Origin: an uncultured delta proteobacterium
GTDB taxonomy: Bacteria; Myxococcota_A; UBA9160; SZUA-336
DNA length: 64,000 nt
Direction of reading: 5' to 3'
Assembly (NCBI GenBank): GCA_963704165.1
Contig: CAVPHD010000001.1
Coordinates: forward strand, 500,607 to 564,606
Shown here: one piece after another, positions 32,989 to 47,659 of the stretch
Position numbering within the stretch: position 1 is the first letter of the stretch
How the letters are laid out: every line of letters starts with the position of its first letter
Translations under genes and position numbers: made by a program
The notes under the pieces: generated by a model
What the model saw: only the letters and a program-made list of their open reading frames with translations
Told to the model about the DNA's origin: nothing
The model's database searches: none

Positions 32989-33911
32989 TCCTCGACGATC
33001 TCGCCGCGGGTCGCTCCGACTCCGAGCTCCGCGCCCGCGCGCGCGTCGGCGACCCTCACGTAGCCGAGCGCAATCGGGCCGCTCGCGCTCGAATGCGCGC
33101 TCGACGTGACCTGACCCACGACGGTGTCGCCCAGTCGGATCTCTGAACCGGGCGCGACGAGCTCGCGTGTTCGGAGCTTCACCAGAAGTCGATTCACCGC
33201 GCCGCGCGACGCGATGCGCGCGACGATCTCCTGCCCGACGTAACAGCCCTTCGACAGCGAGAACGAATGCTCGAGCCGAGCTTCCTGCGGGAAGGTCCGC
33301 GAAGTCACGTCGCTGCCGAGCTTCGGAATCGCCGCCTCGATGCGGAGCGCCTCGATCTGCTCGGGCGAGAGCTCGGACAACGCGAGATCGGCGCGCAAGC
33401 GCGGCAGCAGAGCGCGCGGCGCGAGGACGCGCAGGCCGGCGTCGCCGAGACTCCCCCCGGCGATCCAGATCAGGGACTCGCCGGCGAAGTCGGCGCGCTC
33501 GAAGCGGCCGGCCGCGGGATCCGCCGCACCGACGGATCGCGAGGCTTCGAGCGCGCCGGGTCCTTCGATCGCGATCTGCCCGATCGCGATCGACTCGCTC
33601 GCGAGCGCGACGTCGTCGGCGATGATGTGCTTCTCGAGCACGGCGCAGAGCTCCGATTCGAGCCCTGCCGCGACGTCGAGCAGAAGGGCGTCGGGCTCGG
33701 CCAGCACCCAGAGCTCCGCGAGCACGTGGCCCTTCCGGTCGAGCTGGAGCATCGGACGCGCGTCGCCGGGCGCGAGCTTCGCGACGTCGTTTGCGAGCAT
33801 GCCGTTGAGGAAGCGGACGCGATCGGCTCCGGTCACGCGCACGAGACCGCGATCGGAAAGGTCGCGCACGGCGGCGCTCTGACCGGTCACGGTCTCGAAC
33901 AAGGTCGGCAC
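32973..33911 (-). CDS. ygfZ: folate-binding YgfZ / GcvT-family protein
   Basis: ...GLVRVTGADRVRFLNGMLANDV...FPQEARLEHSFSLSKGCYVGQEIVARI...GPIALGYVR. K-G-C-Y-x-G-Q-E is the YgfZ signature. Confidence 0.8.
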   Translation of the reverse strand: MPTLFETVTGQSAAVRDLSDRGLVRVTGADRVRFLNGMLANDVAKLAPGDARPMLQLDRKGHVLAELWVLAEPDALLLDVAAGLESELCAVLEKHIIADDVALASESIAIGQIAIEGPGALEASRSVGAADPAAGRFERADFAGESLIWIAGGSLGDAGLRVLAPRALLPRLRADLALSELSPEQIEALRIEAAIPKLGSDVTSRTFPQEARLEHSFSLSKGCYVGQEIVARIASRGAVNRLLVKLRTRELVAPGSEIRLGDTVVGQVTSSAHSSASGPIALGYVRVADARAGAELGVGATRGEIVEDYSRR

Positions 33912-33939
33912 GTGCGCCAGGATAGCGCCTGGAACCCGA

Positions 33940-34882
33940 TCAGGCCGCGCGCGCGAGTCTCGCCTGCAGCGCCTTCCAGCACTCGATCATCTTCTCGACG
34001 ACCTGGAGGTCGTCCTCGTTGTCGACGTCGATCGCGGCGCCACCGAGCTCCGTCGTGATCGTGATGAAGCGCGTACGCAGGAGCGCGCTCGCCGCGCGTT
34101 CGATCGCCCTGATCGAGACCCATGCGCGCACCCTGTCCGACGCGCGCGTGTAGCCGCGCCGATGCAGAAGTCCCGCGACGTGGACCGCGAAGTAGCAGCC
34201 GAGCACCCAGAGATTCCGCCACTCCTTGCGCAGCACGCGCCAGGCGAGCGCGACCTGACTCGCGATCTCCTTCTGGTAGCGGTTTTCGTACATGTCCTCG
34301 ACGTAGCTGCGATTCCCCATGCGCAGCGCGCGGACGAAGTGCAGGTTGTTCTGCCGGAAGCGTCCCTCGCGCAGGTTGAAGTACGCCATCTCGACGCCGG
34401 GCGAGCCGTCGCGCGGCGAGAAGGGAACGAGCGAGGACTCGGGTGTGAGACCGACGACGTAGTCGCCGCCGCACGCCTCCGCCCGCAGAGCGAAGGTCGA
34501 GAGCTCTTCCGGCATCACCAACGGGATGTCGGCCGGCACGACGAGCACGGCGTGAGCGTCGTCCGGCTTCGCACCCGGCCGGAGCGTACGCAGAAAAGTG
34601 TGCCAGACGTTCGCGTACAGCGTCTCGCGCTGGGGCACGACGTGGACCGGACACCCGCGCGATGCCGCGAGCGCGAGGCAGCCGAACTCCGAGATCACCT
34701 GCTCGAGCCGCAACGGGTTTCCGACCACGAAGACCTCGGAGACCTCGGGCGTGTGCAGCAGCGATTCGAGCACGTGCACGATCATGGGTTTGCCGCGCGA
34801 TCTCGACGAACGCCTTGCTCTGGCCCCGGATCGCGCGGCTCGCACCGCGGTCGCCGGCCATGAGAATCGCCTGGATGCGCAT
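33940..34882 (-). pseudogene. MobA-like NTP-transferase family protein; one +1 frame break at ~34794-34800
   Basis: The N-terminus MRIQAILMAGDRGASRAIRGQSKAFVEI (in track ORF 33887..35059, Met at 34882) continues one base out of frame as RGKPMIVHVLESLLHTPEVSEVFVVGN... (track ORF 33940..34845). Confidence 0.7.
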
Positions 34883-35037
34883 GTCCCATGGTGACCCGGC
34901 GCGAGGAAAAGTGATACCCCGCCCGGGCTTGGCGGACCTCACGCGGCGGAAGCAAGCGCGCGATCGGAGCTCGAATTGCCCGCCGTGAGAGGCTTCGTGC
35001 AGACTACCGGCAAGCAATCTCGAATGGAGGAGCGGCG

Positions 35038-35319
35038 ATGCCCAGCGTAGTGGCCACACTGAAGGTGAAGCAGGACAAGATCGACGAAGCGAAGAGCTTC
35101 TTGCGCACGCTGGGTGCCAACGTGCGCGCGAATGAACCCGGAACGACGGCCTACGTCTTCCACCAGCGCAAGGACGATCCCTGCGTCTTCGTCGCCTACG
35201 AGAAGTACGCGAGCGACGAGGCCTTCAAGCAGCACGGCCAGAACCTGCGCGCGCACGGGGCGGGCTTCGCCGCCATCCTCGACGGTCGTCCGGAGATCGT
35301 CCTCCTCGACGAAATCTAG
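35038..35319 (+). CDS. ABM-domain (antibiotic biosynthesis monooxygenase-like / YgiN-like) protein
   Basis: MPSVVATLKVKQDKIDEAKSFLRTL...EPGTTAYVFHQRKDDPCVFVAYEKYASDEAFKQHGQN. This is the typical ~95-aa ferredoxin-like ABM pattern. Confidence 0.75.
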   Translation: MPSVVATLKVKQDKIDEAKSFLRTLGANVRANEPGTTAYVFHQRKDDPCVFVAYEKYASDEAFKQHGQNLRAHGAGFAAILDGRPEIVLLDEI

Positions 35320-35328
35320 GCGCTGCCG

Positions 35329-36444
35329 ATGATCCGGAACCTGGGGCTGGCGCTGCTGTCGGTCATCGTCGCCCTCGCGTTCTGTGAGGCGATGCTGCGC
35401 CTGTTCGGCGCCGACGTTCTGCCCAAGCCGGACCTGTACGTCCTGGACCCGGACGTCGGCAAGCGGATGCGGCCCGGATGGGAAGGCGACGAGTTCAAGG
35501 CGCCGGTCAAGATCAACTCCAAGGGCCTGCGAAATCCGGAAACGCCCTACGAGAAACCCGAAGGCGTGTACCGCGTCCTCGCGCTCGGCGATTCCTGGAC
35601 GTTCGGATTTCGTCTCGACGAGCCCGATTGCTACCCGCGACAGCTCGAGCGCATCCTCGCCGAGCGCGCGTCGCTGCGCGGCGATCCGAGACGCTTCGAG
35701 GTGATCAACGCCGGCGTGATCGGTTACTCGACCGACCAGGAGGCCGCCTGGTTGCGGGTCGAAGGCTGGAAGTACCAGCCGGATCTGGTGCTGGTGAACT
35801 ACTACCCGGTCAACGACACGCACAACAAGCTCGCCTCCTACCGGCGTCGCGCGCAGCTTCGCGACATCCATCCCTGGCTTCTCGAGCTCGTCGAAGCGCC
35901 GAAGCGGCTGTACCTGCGCCAGTTCTGGAAAGGCGCGAAGCGGACGCTGCAGTACAAGCTCCGCGTCGCCCGAGCGGACGGTGACCCGAAGGCCGGAGCC
36001 GAGGATTGGACGACCGCCTATCGGGAGGGCCGGAAGGGCTGGGAGGCGGTGCGAACGGCGCTCGCCGAGATCGGTGGCGAGGCGCGCCCGCGTCAGGTGC
36101 CGGTCCTGGCCGTCCTGCTTCCCGACGCCCAGAACCTCGAGCGCTACTCCGCCAGCTACCACCCGAAGGTCGCGCCGATGATCGAGGGCGCCGTGGCCGA
36201 TGCCGGTCTGGACTTCTTCGACCTCGAGCCGACGTTCGCGCCGTGGGCCGCCAGGGAGGACGAGGTGCGCTTCGGCGTGCTCCGCCACCCGAACGCGAAG
36301 GGCTACGGAATCATCGCGGAAGCGGTCGCGGACGAGCTCGGGCGGCGCTATCTGGGCTGGGCGCAGCCGCCGAGGGCGTTGGTGGAGATGAGCGGGATCG
36401 AACCGCCGACCTCTGCGTTGCGAACGCAGCGCTCTCCCAGCTGA
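35329..36444 (+). CDS. SGNH/GDSL-family hydrolase with an N-terminal membrane anchor
   Basis: MIRNLGLALLSVIVALAFCEA... then VLALGDSWTFG (GDS block)...INAGVIGYST...HPNAKGYGIIA (block V DxxH-like). The last ~21 codons overlap tRNA-Ala on the opposite strand. Confidence 0.7.
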   Translation: MIRNLGLALLSVIVALAFCEAMLRLFGADVLPKPDLYVLDPDVGKRMRPGWEGDEFKAPVKINSKGLRNPETPYEKPEGVYRVLALGDSWTFGFRLDEPDCYPRQLERILAERASLRGDPRRFEVINAGVIGYSTDQEAAWLRVEGWKYQPDLVLVNYYPVNDTHNKLASYRRRAQLRDIHPWLLELVEAPKRLYLRQFWKGAKRTLQYKLRVARADGDPKAGAEDWTTAYREGRKGWEAVRTALAEIGGEARPRQVPVLAVLLPDAQNLERYSASYHPKVAPMIEGAVADAGLDFFDLEPTFAPWAAREDEVRFGVLRHPNAKGYGIIAEAVADELGRRYLGWAQPPRALVEMSGIEPPTSALRTQRSPS

Positions 36445-36455
36445 GCTACATCCCC
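36380..36455 (-). tRNA. tRNA-Ala (anticodon CGC), CCA encoded
   Basis: Minus strand: GGGGATGTAGCTCAGCTGGGAGAGCGCTGCGTTCGCAACGCAGAGGTCGGCGGTTCGATCCCGCTCATCTCCACCA. It folds into a cloverleaf with a G3:U70 Ala identity pair, anticodon loop TTCGCAA and T-loop GGTTCGATCC. Confidence 0.93.
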
Positions 36456-36545
36456 GACCGGTTGGGCGGTACCTTAGACCCCCGCTCTCTCGCTTGCCAG
36501 CGCAGCTTCGCCTCAACAGCTGCACATCGCTGCCGATAGGGAGGC

Positions 36546-38660
36546 GTGGCGGGGCCGGTAGTCGGTATCGATCTCGGAACCCTGAACAGCTGCGTCGCCG
36601 TCGTGAAGGACGGCAAGGCGGTCGTTCTGGCCGATGAGGCGCGCACGACGACGCCCTCCTGTGTGGCGATCCAGCAGGGGCGGGAGCTCGTCGGGGCGGC
36701 CGCGAAGCGCCATGCCGTGACCTCCCCGCAGAGCACCGTGATCGCGGTCAAACGCCTGATCGGTCACGCGTTCGACTCCGACGAGGTGCGCGCCGCGGCC
36801 GCGCGCGTTCCGTACACGCTGTCGGCGAGCCCGCTCGGCGGCGTGCTGCTCGAGGTCGAAGGCGCCAAGCTCACGCCCGTCGAGGTCTCGACGAAGATCC
36901 TCAAGCGCGTTCGCGAGGTCGCGGAGAAGGCGCTCGGCGTGCCGGTGACACGGGCGGTGATCTCCGTTCCCGCTCACTTCAACGACGTGCAGCGCAAGGC
37001 GACCAAGCTCGCTGCCGAGTACGCCGGCCTCGAGGTGCTGCGGCTGATCAACGAGCCGACGGCCGCGGCGTTCGCCTACGGGTACAAGAAGCACAAGGAC
37101 TTCACGCTCGCCGTCTACGATCTCGGCGGCGGCACGTTCGACGTCACCGTCATGTGTGCCCGCGGCGATACCTTCGAGGTGGTCGCGACCGACGGCGATT
37201 CGTACCTCGGCGGTGAGGACTTCGACTACGCGATCGCGGAGTGGCTCGAGAGCGAGTTCGCCGCGGAGCACGGTTTCGATCTTTCGACCCAGCAAGCCGC
37301 ACGGCTTCGCCTGAAGGAGGCCGCCGAGAAGGCCAAGATCGAGCTCGCCTCGGCCGAAGTCGCGCAGATCGACCTGCCGTTCCTCGCGGTGCTTCCCGAC
37401 GGAACCCAGGCGAACTTCTCGAGGAGCTTCTCGCGCCAGAAGCTCGTCGAGGTATGCCAGCCGTTGGTCGCGCGGACGCTCGAACTCTGCGAGCGCTGTC
37501 TGTCGACCGCGCGCATCTCTCGTGGCGAGGTCGGCGAGGTCCTGCTCGTCGGTGGACAGAGCCGCATGCTCGCGGTTCGCGACGCGGTCAAGGACTTCTT
37601 CGGCAAAGAGCCGCGGCGCGACATCAATCCCGACGAGGTCGTCGCGATCGGCGCCGCTCTCTACGCCTACTCCCTGTCCGCCGATCAGCTGCAGAAAGAG
37701 GCGGTCGATGCCGCCGAAGACGCCTACGGTGTCGCGGTACGTCGAACCGAAGTCGCGCGCAAGATCGTGAAGGAAGTCGAGAGCCTGCGTGCCAGGCCTC
37801 TCGACGACGCGGGTCTGGCCTCGCGCCTGCAATCGCTGCTTCAGGCGACCCAGGCGGACGGCACCATCCCGCCCGACTTCCGCGATACCACCGACCCCGG
37901 CTCGATCGGCCCGATCACCTTCGGTACGAGCGAGCCAGCCGAAGACGACTCACCACGGATGCTCGACGTCGCGCACGAGCCTCTTCAGCTCGAAGGTCTG
38001 TTGGGGAACTCGGCGAGTGACGATGATCTGCCGACGGCGATCCGGGGTCTGAAGAGCGAGCTGATGCAGCTCGACTACAAGGCCGCCGAGCTGATCGAGC
38101 AGCTCGCCAACGACGTGTGCGACGCCGAGGCGTCGGAGCTGCTCGAAATCGCGAAGGATCGGCTGAACGAGAGCCTGACCGATGCCAGGGGCGCATCGGA
38201 CGAGGTCGTCGAGCAGATCAAGACCGCCGTCGAACACAAGCAGGCGCGGCGCGTGAATCTGCGCGACGTCACGTCGTTGCCACTCGGCATCGCGAGCGCG
38301 GGTGGGGTCTTCACCGTGCTGATCGATCAGAACGTCGTCGTTCCCACCGAGCTCGCGCGCGTGTTCACGACCAACCAGGACGGTCAGGCCGAGGTCGAGA
38401 TCCGCGTCTTCCAGGGCCGTGCGCGAAACGTCGCCGACAACCAGTTGCTCGGCTCCTTCATCCTCGAGGGCATCGCCCCCGCGCGGCGCATGGAGCCGAA
38501 GATCGACGTCGCATTCCGAATCGACGAGAACGGAATCCTGGCGGTGCGCGCGTGCAACGCGGAGTCGGGCGCAGAGCAGAGCATCCGGATCGAGGACCCG
38601 CTCGGCCTGCAGCAGGTCGAGCCGGCCACACCCGCGCAGGAACCCGAAATCGAAACCTAG
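36546..38660 (+). CDS. Hsp70-family protein (DnaK-like) with a ~190-aa insertion between the nucleotide-binding domain (NBD) and the substrate-binding beta domain (SBD-beta), and no helical lid
   Basis: [15 protein letters not shown]...[17 protein letters not shown]...[14 protein letters not shown]...[12 protein letters not shown]...[13 protein letters not shown]...[12 protein letters not shown]. An acidic helical insert follows at ~37675-38262. Then [28 protein letters not shown]...[20 protein letters not shown]...[11 protein letters not shown]. The protein ends ~40 aa later. Confidence 0.85.
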   Translation: MAGPVVGIDLGTLNSCVAVVKDGKAVVLADEARTTTPSCVAIQQGRELVGAAAKRHAVTSPQSTVIAVKRLIGHAFDSDEVRAAAARVPYTLSASPLGGVLLEVEGAKLTPVEVSTKILKRVREVAEKALGVPVTRAVISVPAHFNDVQRKATKLAAEYAGLEVLRLINEPTAAAFAYGYKKHKDFTLAVYDLGGGTFDVTVMCARGDTFEVVATDGDSYLGGEDFDYAIAEWLESEFAAEHGFDLSTQQAARLRLKEAAEKAKIELASAEVAQIDLPFLAVLPDGTQANFSRSFSRQKLVEVCQPLVARTLELCERCLSTARISRGEVGEVLLVGGQSRMLAVRDAVKDFFGKEPRRDINPDEVVAIGAALYAYSLSADQLQKEAVDAAEDAYGVAVRRTEVARKIVKEVESLRARPLDDAGLASRLQSLLQATQADGTIPPDFRDTTDPGSIGPITFGTSEPAEDDSPRMLDVAHEPLQLEGLLGNSASDDDLPTAIRGLKSELMQLDYKAAELIEQLANDVCDAEASELLEIAKDRLNESLTDARGASDEVVEQIKTAVEHKQARRVNLRDVTSLPLGIASAGGVFTVLIDQNVVVPTELARVFTTNQDGQAEVEIRVFQGRARNVADNQLLGSFILEGIAPARRMEPKIDVAFRIDENGILAVRACNAESGAEQSIRIEDPLGLQQVEPATPAQEPEIET

Positions 38661-38687
38661 CTTGCGCGCCCCCGCGCGTATGGCACG

Positions 38688-39134
38688 ATGGCGACGATGA
38701 CGCGTGGGCTTGCCATCGCTCTGATGCTCGCGTGCGCCGGCGCTCAGCCAGCGCTCAGCTCCTCGCTCATCACCAGCGCACTGGCCTTTGGAATCCATTC
38801 GCACGGCCACGAACACTCGATCGCGCTGCACTCCGACGGCACCCACATCGACATCGTGCTCTCGCACGGCGATGGCGGGAGTCACGATCACGCGAAGATG
38901 CCCGCGGATCACGATCATCCGGCATCCCTGCTCGAGGGTGCCCACGTCGTTCACGTCACGGCTGTCGAAGCCGCGAACTCGACCTCGCGCCGCGTGGTGA
39001 TTCACCAGCCGCTGTCGCTTCCGATCGCGCTCGTGCGTCCGCCCGACGTCGCACGCGCATCGCCGCCGTGCGCGTCGTTCGCGTCGCATGCACGCGGACT
39101 GGATCAGCTGAGAACCATCGTCCTCCGTCTCTGA
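38688..39134 (+). CDS. His-rich putative periplasmic metal-binding protein
   Basis: It has a signal-like N-terminus (MTRGLAIALMLACAGAQPALS), then FGIHSHGHEHSIALHSDGTHIDIVLSHGDGGSHDHAKMPADHDHPASLLEGAHVVHV. It lies immediately 5' of czcCBA. Confidence 0.6.
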   Translation: MATMTRGLAIALMLACAGAQPALSSSLITSALAFGIHSHGHEHSIALHSDGTHIDIVLSHGDGGSHDHAKMPADHDHPASLLEGAHVVHVTAVEAANSTSRRVVIHQPLSLPIALVRPPDVARASPPCASFASHARGLDQLRTIVLRL

Positions 39135-39210
39135 GAGGTCGCGTCGCACCCGAGTCACCGCTCCGCGGTGAGATCTCGATCGATGCCTTCCACTGGAGGA
39201 CGAATGTCTC

Positions 39211-40563
39211 ATGACCTGCACTGCATGCTTGCGGTGCGCGGTGCTGTTCGCGGCTGGGCTCTGCCTTCCGCTCAGCGGCCACGCACAATCGCCTGCACCG
39301 TATCCCGTCGGACGCGAGCTTGCCGTCTTCGAGGCGCCCGCGTCCGCGCAGACCTCTTCTCCCGCCGAGCCGCCTGAGCCCTCCGGCGCGCTCCGGCTCG
39401 AGGACGCGCTCGCGGCGGCGCTGCTGCGCAATCCGCTGCTCGCAGCCGACGCGTACGAGGTCCGCGCGCGCGAAGCGGCTCTGCTCCAGGCCGGTGCGCG
39501 CCCCAACCCGACGCTCTCGCTCGAGGTCGAGGACTTCGCCGGCTCCGGCGAGTTCAGCGCCCTCGACGGCGCGCAGACCACGCTCCTGCTCGGACAGCTG
39601 ATCGAGCTCGGTGGGAAGCGAGCCGCGCGGATCGGTCTCGCCTCGGCGGACCGGGACCTGGCGGCGTGGGACTACGAGGTCCGGCGAATCGGTGTGCTGG
39701 TGGACTGCGCCAACGCGTTCGTCGACGTGCTGGCCGCACAGGAGCGCGTCCACCTGGCCAACGACGAGGTCGAACTCGCGACCGCGATGCAACGCGTGGC
39801 GTCTTCGCGCCTGCGGGCCGGGATCGCCTCACCCGCGGAGCAGATCCGAGCCGACATCGAGGCCGATGTTGCCGAGGTCGAGCGCGAGCACACCGAGCAC
39901 GGGCTCGCGACCGCTCGACAGATCCTCGCCGCGGTCTGGGCCGGTGAGGAGCCCCGCTTCGAGCGCGCGCTCGGCGATCTCGAGCGGCTCCCCGGAGTTC
40001 CGTCTGGCGAGGAGCTGGCCCGGCGGCTCGATGCAAGTCCGAGCGTTGCGCGTTGGCGTGCCGAGCTCGCGCGGCGAGATGCGCTGCGCGCGCGTGCGCA
40101 GAGCGAGCGAACTCCGAACGTGACGCTACAGGCCGGTCCGCGCCGCCTCTCGGGCCCCGGAGACACCGCGCTCGTCGTCGGCATCGCATTGCCCCTGCCA
40201 CTCTGGGATCGCAATCGCTTTGGGATCGCGGAGGCCGAGCACCGCGTCGCGAAGCTCGGAGCCGAAGCGCGCGCCGCGCGAATCCGCGCCGTCACCGATC
40301 TCGCGACCGCGCGCGTCGGCCTCGAAGCGTCGACCGAGGAAGCCCACCTGCTGCGCACGCGCGTGCTGCCCGGCGCCGCGCGCGCCGTCGACGTGCTGCG
40401 GCGCGGCTACGAGCGCGGCCGTTTCGCCCAGTTCGAAGTCCTCGAAGCCCAGCGTGCGCGCCTCGCGGTGCGGGAGCAGTACCTGCGCGCGCTCGTCGAG
40501 GCACATCACGACGCGCAACTGATCGAACGCCTGACCGGCGTGCCGTTGGAGGTACGACCTTGA
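39211..40563 (+). CDS. czcC: TolC-family outer-membrane factor of a heavy-metal RND efflux system
   Basis: Signal peptide, then LRLEDALAAALLRNPLLAA...ARPNPTLSLEVEDF...LELGGKR...PLPLWDRNR. This is a two-repeat OEP pattern. Confidence 0.8.
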   Translation: MTCTACLRCAVLFAAGLCLPLSGHAQSPAPYPVGRELAVFEAPASAQTSSPAEPPEPSGALRLEDALAAALLRNPLLAADAYEVRAREAALLQAGARPNPTLSLEVEDFAGSGEFSALDGAQTTLLLGQLIELGGKRAARIGLASADRDLAAWDYEVRRIGVLVDCANAFVDVLAAQERVHLANDEVELATAMQRVASSRLRAGIASPAEQIRADIEADVAEVEREHTEHGLATARQILAAVWAGEEPRFERALGDLERLPGVPSGEELARRLDASPSVARWRAELARRDALRARAQSERTPNVTLQAGPRRLSGPGDTALVVGIALPLPLWDRNRFGIAEAEHRVAKLGAEARAARIRAVTDLATARVGLEASTEEAHLLRTRVLPGAARAVDVLRRGYERGRFAQFEVLEAQRARLAVREQYLRALVEAHHDAQLIERLTGVPLEVRP

Positions 40564-41786
40564 CCCACCGATTCCTGAGCGTTGCCCTGTGCCTGTCGCT
40601 CTTCGGCACGATCGCATGCTCGCCCGACGAGCACGTGGACGACGGAGCGGCGTCGTACGAGCGCGGACCGCATGGCGGACGCTGGTTCCCGGACGGCGAG
40701 TTCGCACTCGAGCTCACGATCTTCGAACGCGGCGTTCCACCCGAGTTCCGCGCGTACGTGTACCGGAACGGGGAACCGATCGACCCGGCGAGCGTCGAGC
40801 TCGACGTGACGCTTCGCAGGCTCGGTGAACGCGTCGATCGGATCGGTTTCGCCGCGCAGGGTGAATACCTGCTCGGCGACCGGACCGTCTACGAGCCCCA
40901 TTCCTTCGACGCCGAGATCGTGGCGCGGACGAACGGTCGCGAGCACCGGTTCGCGTTCTCGTCGTACGAGAACCGCGTCTCGCTCGCGCCCGATCAGCTC
41001 GAGGCCTCCGGGATCTCGATCGAGGTCGCTTCGCCCGCCACGATTCACGAACACGTCCGCCTGAACGGACGGATCGCGCCGAACGCGGACGCACTCGCAC
41101 ACGTGATGCCGCGCTTTCCGGGAATCGTGCGAGCGGTGCACAAGCGGCTCGGAGATCCGATCGCGCGGGGCGATCTGCTCGCGGTGATCGAGAGCAACGA
41201 GAGCCTGCACCCGTTCGAGGTGCGCGCGCAGCTCGCGGGCACCGTGATCGCAAAGGACGTCTCGCCCGGCGAGTTCGTATCGAACGATCGGGAGCTCTTC
41301 GAGATCGCGGATCTCAGCAGCGTCTGGGTCGATCTCGACGTGTACCGGCGCGACTTCGGGCGGTTGCGTGTCGGCCAATCGGTTCGGATCGACGCGGGAG
41401 ACGGCTCGGAGCCGGTCGAGAGCGCGCTCAGCTACCTGTCGCCGATCGGCTCGATCAACACGCAGACCCTGCTCGCCCGCGCCGTGCTCCCGAACCCCGA
41501 TCTCTCCTGGCGGCCTGGGTTGTTCGTGACCGCCGAGGTCGAAGTCGGAGCGAACTCCGTACCGGTCGCCGTGTCCGTCGATGCGCTCCAGCGCCTGCGC
41601 GACTGGGACGTCGTGTTCATCACGGTGGATGGCGTCTTCGAGGCGCAGCCGGTCGAGCTCGGCCGCCGCGACGCGACCCACGTCGAGATCGTGTCGGGCC
41701 TCGAAGCCGGACAGAGCTATGTCGCCGCGGGCAGCTTCGTCCTCAAGTCCGACGTCGGAAAATCCGGCGCGACGCACGACCACTAG
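40560..41786 (+). CDS. czcB: RND efflux membrane-fusion (periplasmic adaptor) protein
   Basis: TTG 40560 within track ORF 40053..41786, overlapping the czcC TGA. It has a lipoprotein-like start (LSVALCLSLFGTIAC) and HlyD-type beta-barrel/lipoyl segments (...RFPGIVRAVHKRLGDPIARGDLLAVIES...AGTVIAKDVSPGEFV...VWVDLDVY...). Confidence 0.8.
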   Translation: MTHRFLSVALCLSLFGTIACSPDEHVDDGAASYERGPHGGRWFPDGEFALELTIFERGVPPEFRAYVYRNGEPIDPASVELDVTLRRLGERVDRIGFAAQGEYLLGDRTVYEPHSFDAEIVARTNGREHRFAFSSYENRVSLAPDQLEASGISIEVASPATIHEHVRLNGRIAPNADALAHVMPRFPGIVRAVHKRLGDPIARGDLLAVIESNESLHPFEVRAQLAGTVIAKDVSPGEFVSNDRELFEIADLSSVWVDLDVYRRDFGRLRVGQSVRIDAGDGSEPVESALSYLSPIGSINTQTLLARAVLPNPDLSWRPGLFVTAEVEVGANSVPVAVSVDALQRLRDWDVVFITVDGVFEAQPVELGRRDATHVEIVSGLEAGQSYVAAGSFVLKSDVGKSGATHDH

Positions 41787-46549
<4,763 letters not shown>

Positions 46550-46568
<19 letters not shown>

Positions 46569-47650
46569 TCGGGGTCCGAACACCAGCGCGCCGGCAGCGC
46601 CGACCTGAACCCCGCCGACAGATTCTCGAAGGCTTCGTCGAAACGCGCCGCCTCGTCGGTGGCGAACGCGGACGTGCCGCGTGCGACCGCATCGCTCGAC
46701 AGCACGCCTCGAAGCAAGAGGCCGCGCTTCAGAGCGGCCAGACTCCGCTTGCCCGACGGAAACCGGTAGCTCTCGGAGAACGCACGGAAGAGCGCGGCGA
46801 GCTCGTCCATGCGCTCGACGTCACCCGCGCCCGCGACCTGCCAGGCACGCTGCCACTCGCGCGGCCAGAGATTCGCGGGACCCGACACGACCCCCGCCGG
46901 AAGCTGGTCGTGAAGCAGGAAGCGATTCCAGTGCTCGCGCAGGGCGCCGAGAAGGCCCGAGCGCGGGCGCATCATCTCGAGAATGTGCAAGGCCTCACCG
47001 ACGTAGATCCCGAACGCGCCGCGATCTCGAAACTGACGCGCGGCCTTGGTGTAGTGACCGAGCTTGCGCGGCGGCGCCGATACCTTGATCCCGCGCACGA
47101 AGTCGAGCCGCGAGAGCTGCTTCACCCACTTCGTGCGCAGATGGGCGATGTCTCCCGCCGAGATGTCGGCGTTGTCGTACAGGAAGATCGGCAGCCTGCG
47201 CTCGCGTGCGTCGAGCAGATCCGCGACGTCGCGGGCGATGAAGCGAACGGGGTCGTCGATGTCGCGGATCGCCAGCGGCGCGATCACCCCGGCATGCGCA
47301 CCGACGTCGAGCGCGAGCTCGAGCGTTTCGAGCGTCTCCTCGCGGGTCGGCGCGGTCAGCCCGACCCACGCCTCCACCGTTCGGTGTCCGGCCTGCGCGA
47401 GCCGCGCCTCGTGCTTGCGGGTCTCCTCGACCACGACGCGAATCACCCGATGGCGGCGCGTCTGGTCGAGCCGGTTCCACTCGCCGGTCGTCCCCATCAC
47501 GAAGATCACGTCCGCGCCGCGTCCGGCCTGGATCAGGTAGCGCACCAGGCGACGCTGATCGGCGTCGATCGGCTCGCCGCCCGCGTCGACGCAGGTGATG
47601 CAGGGAATCGAGAGGCCGCCGCGCGGCGTGTAGTTTTCGAGCGTGCGCAC
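46550..47650 (-). CDS. DapA/DHDPS-family class I aldolase-like protein
   Basis: ...IFVMGTTGEWNRL (GTTGE)...VIAPLA...IFLYDNA...VRGIKVSAPP (Schiff-base Lys position). At 366 aa it is longer than DapA and is clearly a paralogue of the bona fide dapA at 23088. Confidence 0.65.
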
Positions 47651-47659
47651 GTCCCGAAC

